This document shows positions 1 to 14,225 of a stretch of DNA of 64,000 nucleotides, piece after piece. The notes below the pieces were generated by a model. It did no database searches and was not told where the DNA came from. It saw only the letters and a list, made by a program, of their open reading frames with translations. A program made the position numbers and the translations under genes. Position 1 is the stretch's first letter, and each line of letters starts with the position of its first letter. This stretch comes from Octopus sinensis. Taxonomy: Eukaryota. The stretch is from NCBI RefSeq assembly GCF_006345805.1, contig NC_043005.1, positions 47,182,001 to 47,246,000 on the forward strand. Reading direction: 5' to 3'.

Positions 1-250
1 CATAAACACACCAGCATCGGTTGTCAAGCAATGCTAGGGGGACAAACACAGACACACAAACACACACACACGCATATATATATATATATACATATATACG
101 ACGGGCTTCTTTCAGTTTCCGTTTACCAAATCCACTCACAAGGCTTTCGTCAGCCTGAGGCTATAGTAGAAGACACTTATCCAAGGTGCCACGCAGTGGG
201 ACTGAACCCGGAACCATGTGGTTGGTAAATAAGCTACTTACCACACAGCC
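1..250 (-). mobile_element. SINE family A (tRNA-like head, internal microsatellite); 3' part runs off the window
   Basis: Reverse complement of GGCTGTGTGGTAAGTAGCTT...CATGGTTCCGGGTTCAGTCCCACTGCGTGGCACCTTGG..., matching the copies at 7868 and 9343. Confidence 0.9.
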
Positions 251-357
251 TCTCCTATATATATGAATGTATATATATATGATTGATTGATTCTAGTTTC
301 AGCTTATGAGCTGTGGCCATGCTGGGGCACCGATATATATATATATATATATAAATG

Positions 358-389
<32 letters not shown>

Positions 390-445
390 ATATATATATA
401 TAATTAAATATTATAAATATATATATATATTTATACATTTAAATA

Positions 446-518
<73 letters not shown>

Positions 519-551
519 CATATATATACACACTTGGATATATCTATCTAT

Positions 552-592
<41 letters not shown>

Positions 593-1384
593 ATTAAATA
601 TTATAAATATATATATATATTTATACATTTAATATATGAATATAAATATATATATACATATATATATGTATGTATTAATGTATGCATATGTACATATGCA
701 GATATTGATGATTCTTATACATACACATACACCCGCACACACACATACTTAGATCTGTGTGTGTGCTTACATACATGTGCACGAGTGTGTGTGTGTGCGC
801 GTGTGTATTTTATTATACGTACGTATATGCACGTATGCGCAAAAACGTGCGTGTTTTTGTATATATGCTTGAGTATTTATAGAATATGTTATGCACACGT
901 GAATGTGTACATGATGAAAACGTAGGGAGAAAAAACAATTAGCTTTTCCTTTTATGTTTTCTTTTATACATTTCTGAAGATGAAAGAGCCGTTCATTTTG
1001 TCGGCCTTCCTTTTAAATAAGGTTTCATCTCAGCACAAATCCTATTAAACTCGGACATTGTTAGACGTTAGTCTGATGTTCTTTTCAACATACGGAATTA
1101 ACTTGGAATTGGTTAATTATTTTCCTTTCAATAAAGTAGCAGCATAGCGAAGGTGGACGTTGCACGTTTTCATATGGACCCCATGCTCACATATATGCAT
1201 ATGCATTTAAACACGTAAAAAGGATACATACATTACTTGCTCCCCTACATACATATGTGTGTGTGTGTGTTTGTGTATACGCACACTCACACACACATAT
1301 ATATATATATATATACGTACATATATGTATATATATATATATTATATATATTATATATTATATATATACATATATATATATATC

Positions 1385-1415
<31 letters not shown>

Positions 1416-2087
1416 CATATATATATGTATATATATACGCACACTCACACAAATATATACGTACATATATGTGTGTGTGTATATATTTATATATATATGT
1501 ATATATATATGTACATATATATATATGTATACATACATGCGTGTATATGCATAATACACATATAGTTATCAGTCATACATATCAACAAGAAAACCATGAA
1601 ATTATTTATGTTAAACACATGCATGTAACCATGCAAGTGTCTATTCATTGCTCAAGGTACCTCGTATCTATCACAATTGCACACAGGCACACATTTATCA
1701 GAAAACATTAATCACTTACTGTAAGTTTATAAAAGCACTATACATACAATCTGTGCAACTATCGCCTCCACACTCACACACACACACATATGTACGTGCA
1801 CAGAGTTTCGTAATTGGAATACAAAAACTGCAATGGATTTTAGAAGTTTGTTGAAAGATTAAATGCAATTATGAAAAAAAAAAACATTTGTCACTAACAA
1901 ATCTACGTTTGTCACAAGCATTATTCCTTCCTCAACCACTCCCATCAATCGCACAATAAAGAACCATCCCACTTTCATCATCATCATCGTCGTCGTCGTT
2001 GTCGTTCATGGTGTCATCAATATTGACACCGGCAGCATCGTCGTCGTGACCATCCTCATCAGTAAGTATTTCCATAGTCGTGATGGT

Positions 2088-2275
2088 GAGGAGGAATTCT
2101 TTGGGGGTTTGAATAATTCACCTCTGGAAACATGGATGTTTTGATCATCGTCCTTAAACAAATCTTATTCAGTGACCTTTTGAGCAAGAGTGACTACTCG
2201 ACCTGAAGAAAATTCTAACTGGGTCCTACCTGCAAGGTCATGTGCTGTTTATCTTGATATAAGATTACCATGTCA
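2088..2275 (+). mobile_element. Diverged internal fragment of the non-autonomous element at 36032-36564
   Basis: GGGGTTTGAATAATTCACCTCTGGAAACATGG...CCTGAAGAAAATTC...GGTCATGTGCTGTTTATCTTGATAT matches the reverse complement of about 36155-36330. Confidence 0.8.
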
Positions 2276-2580
2276 AGTGATATAAGATCACCTGAAAAAA
2301 TCATCTAGAAACTTTAGAAATACCCTACAATCTAGGTGTATTGCAAAAATCGGCATTACCCGGAACTTCAGGCATATTGTAAAGTACTGTCTGTCTGAGA
2401 TCCTTGTTGTGACTTGACAGAGTGTACAAGCCCCCGGTTGATACAACATCTTCAGTTATCATCATCATGATATTGGAGACTGTGACGTCTTAAATAATAA
2501 CAATGATTATAATGGTTTCAAAATATAATGGGGAGGGGTTAAGTCGATTACACTGACGCCTGTGTTTCGCTGGCATTTCA

Positions 2581-3207
2581 AAAGTGTTACACGAAAGTTA
2601 CCAGTATGTTGCGGAAAAATATCCTCGTTTCAAACACATATTTCCTCAGCCGCCTATTGTGGCCTTTCGACGGAATAAAAATATAAGAGAACTATTAACC
2701 TCTACTTCTGACTCCAAGAAAATGACATTGGAATTTTTGCACATTGTACCTTGAAAAACAGCTGCAAGAGAAGTAAGCCCTGTTCATTGTGCAACAACAT
2801 GAGTTAAGTCAATTCCATCAGGAATAGTAACAGAAATGTTATGTTTTACATAGAAGGTGGAACGTGTTGAGTTTCTCATTTGGCATATGCAGCAGACTGC
2901 TCCAAACACAACTTGATTTATGTTGGCTGTACAACAGTACAATTAAATAAAAGATTTATTGATTGCAGCAGATATGACATCTGTCACAATAACAGCAGTT
3001 CGACAGAACTTGCTGTATATTGTACATGAAACGACTGCAATTTTGAAAAAGACTTGTAAGTACATATTCTCAGAAAATATCCTGAATCGGTTACACCTTC
3101 AGTCCTCAAAACATATGAGGAGAAATATGTTTGAGTTATTAACATCACACCTTGAAGGGATAAATAAAATGACAGGGGAATTTCATCATATTTACAGTTT
3201 TGTGTAA
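2581..3207 (+). mobile_element. Penelope-like element relic, GIY-YIG endonuclease region (frameshifted)
   Basis: Manual translation gives FPQPPIVAFRRNKNIRELL, AYAADCSKHNLIYVGCTTVQLNKRF and LLTSHLEGINKMTGEF, matching the PLE linker, the GIY-YIG core and the C-terminal L-x-T-x-x-P-x-G-L-N motif. Confidence 0.8.
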
Positions 3208-3518
3208 ATATGAAGAATATTTGATTAAATATTCTTCATTTTCCTTTTCTTTTTTCCTTCTTTTCTTTTCGTTTTTTATGTTTCTTTTTCTTTCTGCCAG
3301 TTGTAAACTTGAAAATTAAAGACTGATGATCTCATTCCATCAACGTGGGAACGCTATTTACCTCGTTCAAATTCTGAATTTGAATTTAATAATTTCTATG
3401 TGTTTTTGAATTTCTATGTATCACTTTTATTTTGAATTCGACAAAAGCAGGCAGGCTGTTGAAATATCGTTCAACCAATAAAATATGTATTGCAATCGCA
3501 TCGCGCTCTTCATATCGT

Positions 3519-3520
<2 letters not shown>

Positions 3521-3560
<40 letters not shown>

Positions 3561-3586
3561 TAATAATAATAATATAATAATAATAA

Positions 3587-3660
<74 letters not shown>

Positions 3661-3661
3661 A
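3521..3661. repeat. Compound (AAT)n-(AGT)n microsatellite
   Basis: Directly visible; source of the poly-L/Y/I ORFs. Confidence 0.98.
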
Positions 3662-3699
3662 GTCTGGTTGAGACTGCAAATGTGCAGCAAGTATATAGT

Positions 3700-3843
3700 G
3701 ATGGAATTCAAATTCCGTGGAGGTCGACTTTGTCATTCTTTCGGGGAAGATAGATTAAGTACCAACCAATTGAATACTAGGGTCGATGTAATCGACTTAC
3801 TCCTCCCCTGAAATTGCTGGCCTGTGCCAAAATTTGAATCCAA
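3700..3843 (+). mobile_element. SINE family B, degenerate 5'-truncated copy with the alternative tail
   Basis: TTCAAATTCCG..GAGGTCGACTTTG...AAGTACCA...GGGTCGATGTAATCGACTT, then the tail GTGCCAAAATTTGAATCCAAT (also at about 63060). Confidence 0.75.
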
Positions 3844-3844
3844 T

Positions 3845-4033
3845 AAGTTAGCTAATGTTCGCAGGAACATCATAAGGAGTAACATGTTGACTGACATGGA
3901 CATCCAACAGATTCAAATATATGTTCGAGCAAATAGCGATACAAATAAGAATACAAATATTGCAAAACGTCCCGCGATTGTAGAAGTGGAAACTTGTAAA
4001 AGAATACTCAAACCGAAGTGTTCGAGCAAATAA
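3845..4033 (+). mobile_element. Possible N-terminal fragment of an R4/Dong-like non-LTR retrotransposon ORF
   Basis: KLANVRRNIIRSNMLTDMDIQQIQ resembles the RLADQRRxIIRNNxL segment upstream of RT in this clade (from memory, not searched). Confidence 0.45.
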
Positions 4034-6489
4034 TCGCTGATTACGAACAAAAAGGGCATAAACATCGCTTTTATGGGAGTATAGACGACTTTTAATCAAT
4101 AAAATGATACTAGAGGATACTAAAATGATAGAAAAGTCTTGTATATATATAGAAACTATTTTCTACGACAATGTTATGTACAGGGGGATTTTGAGTGTTT
4201 TGATTCGCACAAATTTTAAAAATCTTATAGCCACGTACCCTGCCCATATCTGTTCTTTTAGTTATTCTCACTGTGATTCCTATTTTGATATACCTCATTA
4301 GTAACACTCCAACACTCGTTCATGGCTAGAGCTGCAGTCCTTTTAAATTCCTTCTCTGCCCACGAGTTTCCCATAGGCATCGACGAAGGAAAAATTCCAA
4401 CAAAATATTAAACTGCATCAAAAAGCCGGACTATGAGACTTTGCGAACCTCCCCACCACACACACACAGAAATAATCCTTACTATTGTAAGATAACTTCA
4501 CAGTTGATTGAAAGCTTTTGCAATGTTTACTCTCAATTTTTTGTGCGTGTTTTTGTCTGATGTTCGCTTATTAATCCTCTAAGTTAGATATAAAATAGAA
4601 AACAATAAAAGAGAAAATTTACCAGAATTGCTGTTCAAACTAATAAAGAGCCCTAATCGTTTGGTGACGCAACATTGCTAATACTTTCAACTCTTTCTTA
4701 TGTTCTCATCGTTTACCACAGCCTTAAAGAATGTATCAATATTGTTTAAGCAATAACACAATATAATCACATTCTTCAAACTACAACTCAAGCAGGTTTG
4801 CTAATCTAACCTAGGTTTTATGGCTCTAACAAAAATAAGTATGATAGCCGATGGCTTTGCGCATGGCTTTCAGATGTTTTAAATGAAAGTCTTTTTTTCA
4901 TATCAAAGGGGAAGAAATATATTATATATATTTTAGAAACTATATGCATTAAGAACAATATCATCCATAACGATTGCAAAACATAAAACACGTTTTATGA
5001 ATCTTACACTAGATATGTTTTATATAATACTGGAGCATACAGTCAAATGTAATATCGGTATAACACAAGACAATTCATATTATGCTCAATAATACAAGCT
5101 AGAAATAATATATGCGAAACTATATTACATCTGTGCAAAACATAAATGTATTGACCTACATTCAGCTGTTTATTGTTTATTATTTATATTCTCTATGTAA
5201 TGTCCTTTTGTTAATATTTGCAAAAGAAAAAATATATGATATAGAACAGAAAAATAAATTATTGTGTTTTTGTCATATTTCCCGGCTGTTTGGGGATATT
5301 ACACACTTAGAACCTCAACCAAGATCATGATAAAAATCCGGATTACTGTTACAATTCATACGATATTTTTCATGAGTCACAGAGGAAGTGCTTCCAATAA
5401 AGAAGATTCTGACTGAACTCAGTCAAAATCTTTATAAACAAACTATGTTGTTAATGATTGGTTAATGACTAATCTAAGAAATTGATTTGGGATGAGTTTT
5501 CTTCAGTTTTCTACGAAAGATGCAATATTAGTTGTAAACGTGGGTACTGAACGCATCTTACAAAATATTGATTTGAAAACAGTATATTTTAATGATTTTA
5601 ACTGACCCAAGGCTTCTTTACTGATGAGCGCGTACAATGTAATTTGTAACTCAGTGCTCTTTCTTATTGGTTCCTAGTTTCCAATTTAAGGCATCTTTTG
5701 ATGTAAAGAAAATTATTTCAAGAGCAAGTGGAGATCTTCTAAATGTCAATGTATATAGTCGTTCCAAGGCAAAAGTCAAGAGCATGACATTTTTATAGAT
5801 CAGATACAAGATAGAAGTATTTCATAGAATTGTTCCCACCTACTTGATTCTACGAGCAAAAACACAATTTCAATTGCATCTCCTGTATGAAGAGAAGAGT
5901 CGCCCTTATAAGATCCTATTTCTCTTGCAATGATAACATTATTCTTTCAGTTAAGAATTAAATAAGTTTCATAGTAAAACAACAATTCAGATTGGATATC
6001 ATGGATGAAAGGGTGAATCAGAAAAGGAGCCATTATTTTCATTTTGCATGAACAGGTTTCTTTGGTCCTTAATGAATTTAATGCCACAAGTAAAATATGC
6101 TATCAATATAAGAAACTTGTGAACATAGTTTACGTATAGTCTGAAAAGTGTTCGATCAAATCTTGTTTTGTAAGGTTGCGATTGTTGCTATAATATTAAT
6201 TAATACTGATCTGATGTCGAAGTATTTGAATAACTAATGTTTTTATTACATTGTATCGTATCCATATGTTACAAAATATCCAATTTCTGTTGTTATTTTC
6301 TGCTATTGAAGCCACACTACTTTGTTTATAATTGCTAGAAACTTTACACTCTTTGAATTATAATGTTATTCCTAAATAACCCAATAACTTAGCGAGTCTC
6401 ACTGAACGTATTGTCTAGATTTCGTCCGAAACTTTGTGTTCTTGGTTTTCATTAATACGCTCAAGTAAATCAATGGCTTTCAACAATTT

Positions 6490-6718
6490 CTGCTTATGGC
6501 CCCTTTGATTCCTGTTTTTCTCTACTGGACCCCCGTAGCCATTCAATGTTTAAAAACATCCTATTGTATTTTATAATTAAATATTATTAAGAATTCTATA
6601 AAATATTATTAAGAGTTCTAATTTGTCTAAAATTGTTGTTATTATAGAGTATATAACCAATTCATTGCATATGTACTTTAACAACAAAATCTTAAGTGAA
6701 CCCCGGTTGAGAACCATT
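6490..6718 (-). mobile_element. hAT-like MITE fragment
   Basis: Minus strand begins TGGTTCTCAACCGGGGG, a hAT-type end; homologous to 55345-55500 (GGGTCCATATAAGATTTTGTT...GCAATAAATTGG). Confidence 0.45.
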
Positions 6719-6974
6719 AACGTAAATTATTGCCCTCGACCACACTTGCACCGCTTTATATATATATTAGTGTAGAGATTATTAAATAAATAGATTTGTA
6801 AATTCTCGTGAGATACTATAACTGGGACTGGAAAATTAACAACGTTTAAGAATATTTATGTTGATTTATAATCATTCCTTACATCCCAGAATGTTACCTA
6901 ATATTTTGTGCGATTTACAATATTCAAAAACACTTGCGCATAATTTTTTGTCGAAGAAGTGGTTACAATAGTGC

Positions 6975-7340
6975 CAGGCGTGGCTGTGTAGAAAGAATCT
7001 TGCCTCCAATCACATGATTCTGGGTTTAACCCCACTGCATGCCATCTAGGGCTTGTGTTTTCTATTATAGCCCCAGGCGGAAATTGAAAGACGCCCGTCG
7101 TATGTGTGTGTGTGTGTGTTCGTGTATGTGCGTATGTGTGCATAGGTTTGTGTTGTGCTTGTGTGTGTTTCTATGCTTTTGTGTTTGTGCTTAGCCCCCG
7201 CCATCACTTGACAACAGGTGTTGGTTAGTTTATGTCCCCGTAACTTAGCTGTTCGGCTAATTTCGATTTGTTTCACCAAGCCTTTGAAGCCGATGCCCCA
7301 GCATGGTCGCAGTCCAATGACTTAGACTATTAAAAGTAAA
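6975..7340 (+). mobile_element. SINE family A, diverged copy
   Basis: GGCGTGGCTGTG...CCCACTGC...internal (TG)n...CCCCAGCATGGTCGCAGTCCAATGAC. Confidence 0.85.
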
Positions 7341-7867
7341 CATAAAGTAAAAAAGTAATTTAAATCAAATAATTCAAGAATTTTTTTTTTTCCATAAATG
7401 CTTCAACTGAAGTATTACTATAGCTTTCAGGTATTTAGAAAGCAAAGTTTCGATTTGTCTGGAAGGTTAAGTCGATAATATCGACCTTAATACTTAAAAC
7501 TAGTCTATTTTATATAAATAGAATTCGTGATTCATAGTTCTGCACTTCTCGTTAGGACATTAGGCTTAATCATCGTAGGAATGTAACCATTGATTAAGAT
7601 GGGATAGCATATCTTCCTGATGAGGACTCTGAAACACATCTGCGATACAAACAACAGTCGATTCTTACTTTAATTTTCCGTGATGCTGAGTTGTTTTAAT
7701 GGCAAATCCTACCAGAGACACAAATATCTGATCTGCTTCATTTACACTCAGAAGAACCCGTGCTGCGTATCCACCATATCGTCAGCCTAGTCTCAGTAAG
7801 TATATCTATACTGATGTTGAATATTTTGTCTCCAGATCCACGAATGCAGACATATTCCTTATCAATA

Positions 7868-8275
7868 GGCGTAGGAGTGGCTGTGTGGTAAGTAGCTTGC
7901 TTACCAACCACATGGTTCCGGGTTCAGTTCCACTGCGTGGCACTTTGGGCAAGTGTCTTCTACTATAGCCTCGGGCCGACCAATGCCTTGTGAGTTGATT
8001 TGGTAGATGGACACTGAAAGAAGCCTGTCGTATATGTGTGTGTGTGTGTGTGTGTGCGTTTGTGTCTCTGTGTTTGTCCCCCACCCAACATCGCTTGACA
8101 ACCGATGCTGGTGTGTTTACGTCCCCGTCACTTAGCTGTTCGGCAAGAGAGGTCGATAGAATAAGTACTAGGCTTACAAAGAATAAGTCCTGGGATCGAT
8201 TTGCTCGACTAGAGGTGGTGCTCCGGCATGGCCGCAGTCAAATAACTGAAACAAATAAAAGAATAACAGAATAAA
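7868..8275 (+). mobile_element. SINE family A, near full length
   Basis: GGCGTAGGAGTGGCTGTGTGGTAAG head, B-box-like GGTTCAGTTCC, internal (TG)n, 3' GACTGAAACAAATAAAAGAATA. Confidence 0.92.
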
Positions 8276-9342
8276 ATAATAATGCATCTAACAATCTCTC
8301 ATCCTCATAACTCGTCCAATACACCTCTGTGTCATCGAGAGTTCTTTAATATTACATGTCTTATTTAAAATTAAATGTTGTAAGGCTTCGTACACTGGTG
8401 TTCACTGTCGTCTATTAGTGTGTACTGTTTACTACTTCTGCTCACTATTGAAAGCTAAGGTTCTTTGCCAGTCTTGTTGCTAATTTTGGCTGTTTTTTTT
8501 CGTAGTCCTTTTACCTTTCGCGTCCCTATCCCGCTAATGTTCATTCTGTGTTCAATCTCTACGGAGTCTATATAATAAATATCTGTAATTTAGTGTTATG
8601 TTTCAGTCGATTGATCTTTTTCCGTACAAACTTGTTAGCGTCTGCCAAAGTAGAACTAATTTTCTCGCAAACTACGGTTCACTATTTTTAACATATCTGC
8701 ATCAACGTTATCACTACGTTGTAAATGGCATCATAAAATTAATTTCTTGCATAATCACAATAAAACAAAGCTAGAATCACAAAGTAATACGAATACACAA
8801 CTTTTATCACAAAACTCCCCGTGTCCAAAATCGATAAGCTAGTTTCTGTTTATTTGAGAAAATATTTATTTCTCGAAGCTGGTTTTTTGAATCGATATTT
8901 CAATCATTATTTTGGCGAGAAGCAGAATGGACATTAGAATAGCCTGACTACATTTAACTATTTAAAATGTACATATTTCTCAAAATCATGAATCGGTGTC
9001 ATTATGCAAGGGGAAAAAAGAATAGAGATATAGGTATGGCCGACATTGTCAGAATAAAAAGTTCTCGACATTTAAGAGTTCATAAATATGGTTAGAATAT
9101 GAAGTTATAAATATTTAATGTAATTATTAAACCTAATGTATTCTCACAATGTGAGTAATATTAAAATATATTTATTTATATCCATTCTAATATAGACTGT
9201 ATGCTAACATAGGTACTAACACAGAAATGGTTCATCGTGTGTATCGTAACATAAACATAATATTCTTCGTAACACTTAATAAGTTACTAAGGCGTGATAT
9301 TCTGCTGTGAGTAGAGAAAAAAAGCCATAATGTTTCAAACTA

Positions 9343-9702
9343 GGCGCAGGAGTGACTGTGTGATAAGTATCTTGCTTACCAAACACATGGTTCCGGGTTC
9401 AGTCCCCCTCGAGCCGATCAAAGCCTTGTGGATTTGGTAGACGGAAACTGAAAGAAGACGGAAACTGAAGGAAACCCGTCGTATATATATATATATATAT
9501 ATATTTGTGTGTCTGTGTTTGTCCCCCCAACATCGCTTGACAACCGATGCTGGTGTGTGTACATCCCCGTCAGTTACCGGTTCGGCAAGAGAGACCGATA
9601 GAATAAGTACTAGGCTTAGAAAAATAAGTCCTGGTGTCGATTTGCTCGACTAAAGGCGGTGCTCCAGCATAGCCGCAGTCAAATGACTGAAACAAATAAA
9701 AG
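9343..9702 (+). mobile_element. SINE family A with internal deletion
   Basis: Same head and tail as 7868, internal (TA)n, short ACGGAAACTGAA duplication. Confidence 0.9.
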
Positions 9703-10639
9703 AAAATAAATAATATGGTCATACAACAGAACTATTATAATTTTGCGTTTCCTTTTATTCTTGTCAAACCTTGTTATTTACCTTTCGTTCGTGTGGCATT
9801 GATAAATTAAGTTTGTGAATTAATATTTTCCCCAATAAACGTGTTTTAAATTTGTAGTTGAGTCTATTTCTTATATATACCAACTTCCATAGATTTTACA
9901 TTCTCATAAAATATATGTAGGGCTTCGTCAAAATAAGTATTTCGTTGCCCTCAAGGCGATATGAATGGTTCTATAGCATTCGATTAGATGCACAGCTTTA
10001 ATTAATTATATTTTATTACATAAATATTTCCAATAGCAATGGATTTAACTTTTCCTTCCAAAAGTACACTGTCTTGATTTAATCTTGATTTAAAGAACTT
10101 CTACTGCGTTTCTCTTTTAAAAAATACATGCATTTTCCTTTCGCCTATAGTTTCAGCCTTATAAAAAGATGATTACAAAAATGAATTATTTTTTATTCAA
10201 ATAATATTGTAACATTTGTTTTATCTTTGTTTAATTGTTAATTGTTTTATCATCAATCCATCTCTCAGCTTATTCAACAAGAAAAACAAATAAATATTTT
10301 TGAATCAGCCGCCTGTTGTGTTCTTTATGTATTTACATCTACTGGGTAACAATATCGAAAAATTCCAGTAAAGTTACACTGAAAAAGACTTTAATTATAA
10401 CGCTATCCTTCTTAAACATTTAATATCCGGAAGGCCTTCTAAATGAGCTTTACATCAGACAGTCTTAGATAAGACTGCATATATTCACACTTTTGTGTCA
10501 CTCTTGAAGAAATAACTGAATTCAGAATGTTGTAACCACACACACACACACACACACACATACTTCCAAGTAATCTTTTCTGTGAGAATGAATTACAAAA
10601 GCAAATGATTTCTGATCTCAACTAGTTTTCACCAAAAGT

Positions 10640-11930
10640 TTAAGTTTAAAATTCCGTTTACTCAGCTGGAAATCTTGCTCTTCGACAAAGGGAATATTAT
10701 GGTACCTCTCTGTGAATTTGGTGAGCTTTAGTCAAAGAGTAAAAGTTACTTTGCAATTAACTATGTTAAGCTGTTCGCAACAGCATTTCCTGGATTTCAA
10801 TCTCAGAATGTTTTGATCCTCAGGGGAGATAGAAATCTTGTCCGGTGTGAATTCAATCAGAGACACTACTGAGAATCCTACACTTCTTTGGTAAATGTGA
10901 AATAGCTTCAAGCAATCAGCGATCGTTTATTTTTGAACAGTTTTCTTGTACATGCAAGACGCAATATGATTTCTGAACCTCACGCAGAGAATAAGCTGAA
11001 TGATAACTTTCTAAAAGGAATATTAGGAAAGAGACATGTTAAATCCATCACTAGTGATATTATATAGCGTTCCCTTTCTTTATATTTGATTTCTTCAATG
11101 AAAGTGTTTCAAGTTATTTTAATCAAATGAAATTTTTCCCGTGTTTAACCACCACCATTCAAGCAATGTTAGATTTGATTGTAATAGCTGACTCTAAAAC
11201 AATATTTACATAAACTTGCTTTGAAAGATGAAGAGTAACAAATAATAGCTTTGTAAATAAGGTTTCAGTCCCGATTGAAGGTATACCTGACAGTAATGCT
11301 TACAGTGGCCAAAAAGCTGCATAGACGTCTACTTCTGCCCTCTATTGTGGACTTTAAAGGAGAAATGTGCTTTGTCTAAAGTACCTACAATTTACTTGGA
11401 GTTTTTCTTTGAGTTTAATATGGAATTAGTTACGAAACCAGTTTTAAAGGTTTAATAACATCTGCTCTCCATAGGGCCAAATTTACAGGAGACATGCTGT
11501 TTAGAACTTCAACGAGAGAATTATTAATTCTCCTGATGTTTACAAGACTCTTGACCGTGTCTGTTATAGAATGCTCTAAATAAAAAGGATTATATTTGAC
11601 TCTTAACTCGTGAAATAAAGACGTAATATTTAAGATCACTCTGTTGCAGCGGGTGATGAAAGGAATGTCTGTGGGACTTCAATTATATGAGCACAAATAT
11701 GAACAAACTTTCAGCAAAACTATTTTGTCTGCAGCTAAATAATACTCTTGATGTTACTTGTAACCATCCTTATAACACACCGAAGCTACCTCTTCAAGGT
11801 TAGGTAATGCTTCAGCATACTGCAAACCAAATTCTAATCCTGCTCATAAAATTGGAATGGTGCTGCTGTGTAGTGTAGTCTTCTGCTTATAGACTTCGGA
11901 TGGCATTGTACAATAATACTTGTACAAGGG
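10640..11930 (-). mobile_element. Highly degenerate Penelope-like reverse transcriptase relic
   Basis: Minus-strand translation gives AHFSFKVHN (like FYLLPKVHK) near 11350 and SLVMDLTCLFPNIP (like PLE RT motif A, DVxSLFxNIP) at about 11017-11060; one frame runs about 11930-11430 with only three internal stops. Confidence 0.5.
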
Positions 11931-11968
11931 ACTGCGAGCACAGGCACACGCACACGCACACACACACA

Positions 11969-12005
<37 letters not shown>

Positions 12006-12323
12006 CATATATATATACATACACACAAGCATGCAAAAGTGAAATAAAACAGAAAAATGTGTGTATTTTATAATTTCTTTCATTTTATTTTATTTTATTG
12101 CTCTACCCAAGGAAATATTTTATGCTTCCTTATCCACTGTTCTGCAAATATAATTCCACCCCTTCCTAGATTCTTTCAGGTTTTTAAATTTAAAAAAATA
12201 TTATTTTTATTTATATCTTTTTAAAGCATATCAAAATTTAGCAAATTTTTAAAGAAAACCTCTAACTACCAGTAACCACTTGTGCACCTCATCATGCAGC
12301 ATACTCATGCATTTACGCAAATC

Positions 12324-12388
12324 TTCTTCTTCTTTTTCTTCTTCTTCTTCTTCTTCTTCTTCTTCTTCTTCTCTTCTTCTTCTTCTTC

Positions 12389-12449
<61 letters not shown>

Positions 12450-12504
12450 CATTATTATTATTATTATTATTATCATTATTATTATCATTATTATTATCAT
12501 TAGT

Positions 12505-12539
<35 letters not shown>

Positions 12540-12545
12540 TATTAT
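12324..12545. repeat. Compound (TTC)n-(TTA)n-(TCA)n microsatellite
   Basis: Directly visible. Confidence 0.97.
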
Positions 12546-12687
12546 TGTGATGGTGTTAGTGCTGGTGATGGCAGTGGTGTTGCTGACAGTAATAGAAGTG
12601 AAAACTTATATCATGGCCAACAAAGTCTGAAAGCAGTTCAAACACTATGGCGATTTCTTTCTCTGTGTACATTTGTGTATAAGAAGG

Positions 12688-12854
12688 GACATAGACATGG
12701 CTGTGTGGTAAGAAGCTTGCTTCATAATCCCAGGGTTCTGGGTTCAGTCCCACAGTGTGGAACTTTGGGCAAGTCTCTTCTACCATAGCTTCAGACCAAC
12801 AAAAGCCTTGTGAGTGGATTTCGCAGATGGAAACTGAAAGAAGCCTTTCATATA

Positions 12855-12885
<31 letters not shown>

Positions 12886-13120
12886 ATGTGTGTGTTTGTG
12901 TCTGTGTTTGTGCCACCATCATCACTCGACAACTGGTGTTGGTGTGATTATGTCTCCATAACTTAGCAGAGTGGCAGAGAAATTAGTACTAGAACAGAAT
13001 TAGTACTAGGTTAACAAAAAAATTCTTGGAGTCGGTTTGTTCAACAAAAACACTTCAAGGTGGTGCTCAAGCATGGCCACGGGTAAATGACTGAAACAAG
13101 TAAAAGGATAAAAGAATGAA
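12688..13120 (+). mobile_element. SINE family A, diverged
   Basis: CATGGCTGTGTGGTAAGAAGCTTGC...GGTGCTCAAGCATGGCCAC...ATGACTGAAACAAGTAAAAG. Confidence 0.88.
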
Positions 13121-13642
13121 AGAATATATATATATCAATTAAATATAAGGATAAAATTTTATCAAGTAGCCAGTGTGTAAAACCAATTAAGGTAAAAAAT
13201 GAATAGGAGGTTTATGATTATCTTAAAATACATTATTACATTAAGGGCTGTTACTACATGTGAAGCCACATGTTGGAAAGGGACGCTAAAGTCAAACTAC
13301 TCTGAAGCCGAGGAAAGGGATGCTAAAGTCAAACACACTCTGAAGTCGAGGGAATGAACAGTGAAACGATTCTTTTAAAAGGTTCATTTGCATATCGAAA
13401 CGATTTCATGGTCAGCACTGTGACATGCTCTCCATTCATCAGTACAAACATAACCAGAAATACATAAATATAAACAGCTACGCCAACCATATGAATACAA
13501 CATATCCACAGAACATATACAAATGTTCGCACTTATATATCCGTGAAAAAATTTCTGTCTTATTCATTTCAGCCACGTGTGTATAACCAAACAAAATAAG
13601 TCAGCACTGAATATATTCTGCTTTAATATTTATCAATTAGAA

Positions 13643-13730
13643 GGTCGCGAGCCGGCAGAAACGTTAGCACGCCAGACGAAATGCGTAGCCGTATTTCGTC
13701 TGCCGTTACATTCTGAGTTCAAATTCCGCC
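13643..13730 (+). mobile_element. SINE family B, 5' tRNA-like head only
   Basis: GCGAGCCGGCAGAAACGTTAGCACGCC...GAGTTCAAATTCCGCC. Confidence 0.85.
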
Positions 13731-13815
13731 TTGATAAGGGTAGATAAGGAATTGAACAACTGTAGCAGAAACAGCTATAAATGTATTAATCAACAAGCAA
13801 ACACTGCAATATATA

Positions 13816-13977
13816 GGCACGGGCATGGCGATGTGGTAAGAAGTTTGCTTCTGAACCACATAGTTTGGATTTCACTCCCACTACGTGGCACCTTGGGCAA
13901 ATGTCTTCTACTATAGCTTCAAGCCGACAAAAACCATGTGAGTGGATTTAGTAGAGGGAGACTGAAAGAAGCCTGTC

Positions 13978-14031
<54 letters not shown>

Positions 14032-14225
14032 ATGCCTGCAACGCTTGGCAACTGGTACTGGAATATGTACATCCCTGCAACCTAGCGGTTCAACATCAGT
14101 AACTAATCGAATAATTACCAGGCTGAAAAAATGTATTGTAATGAGGTCAATTGGTTCGACTAAAAACCTTCAAGGCGTTACCCCAGCATGGCCGCAATAT
14201 AATGACTGATAAAAAGTAAAAGAAA
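13816..14225 (+). mobile_element. SINE family A, diverged
   Basis: Head, internal (TA)n(TG)n and tail CCCCAGCATGGCCGCA recognisable. Confidence 0.85.

Noticed and set aside
584-1711. ORFs rich in I/Y/H/T/C/V here and at about 14.7-16.2, 20.4-21.6, 28.2-28.5 and 30.7-31.4 kb
   Set aside because: Translations of (TA)n/(CA)n microsatellites, not genes
7617-7645. CTGATGA-GGACTCT-GAAAC hammerhead-like core
   Set aside because: No credible stem II, no stem III pairing and no NUH site
12249-12630. Poly-M/I/E/S ORFs, and poly-L/Y at 3386-3736
   Set aside because: Compound trinucleotide microsatellites
13275-13349. 37/38-bp unit repeated twice (CRISPR-like length)
   Set aside because: Only two adjacent units with no spacer, in eukaryotic DNA; an ordinary tandem duplication
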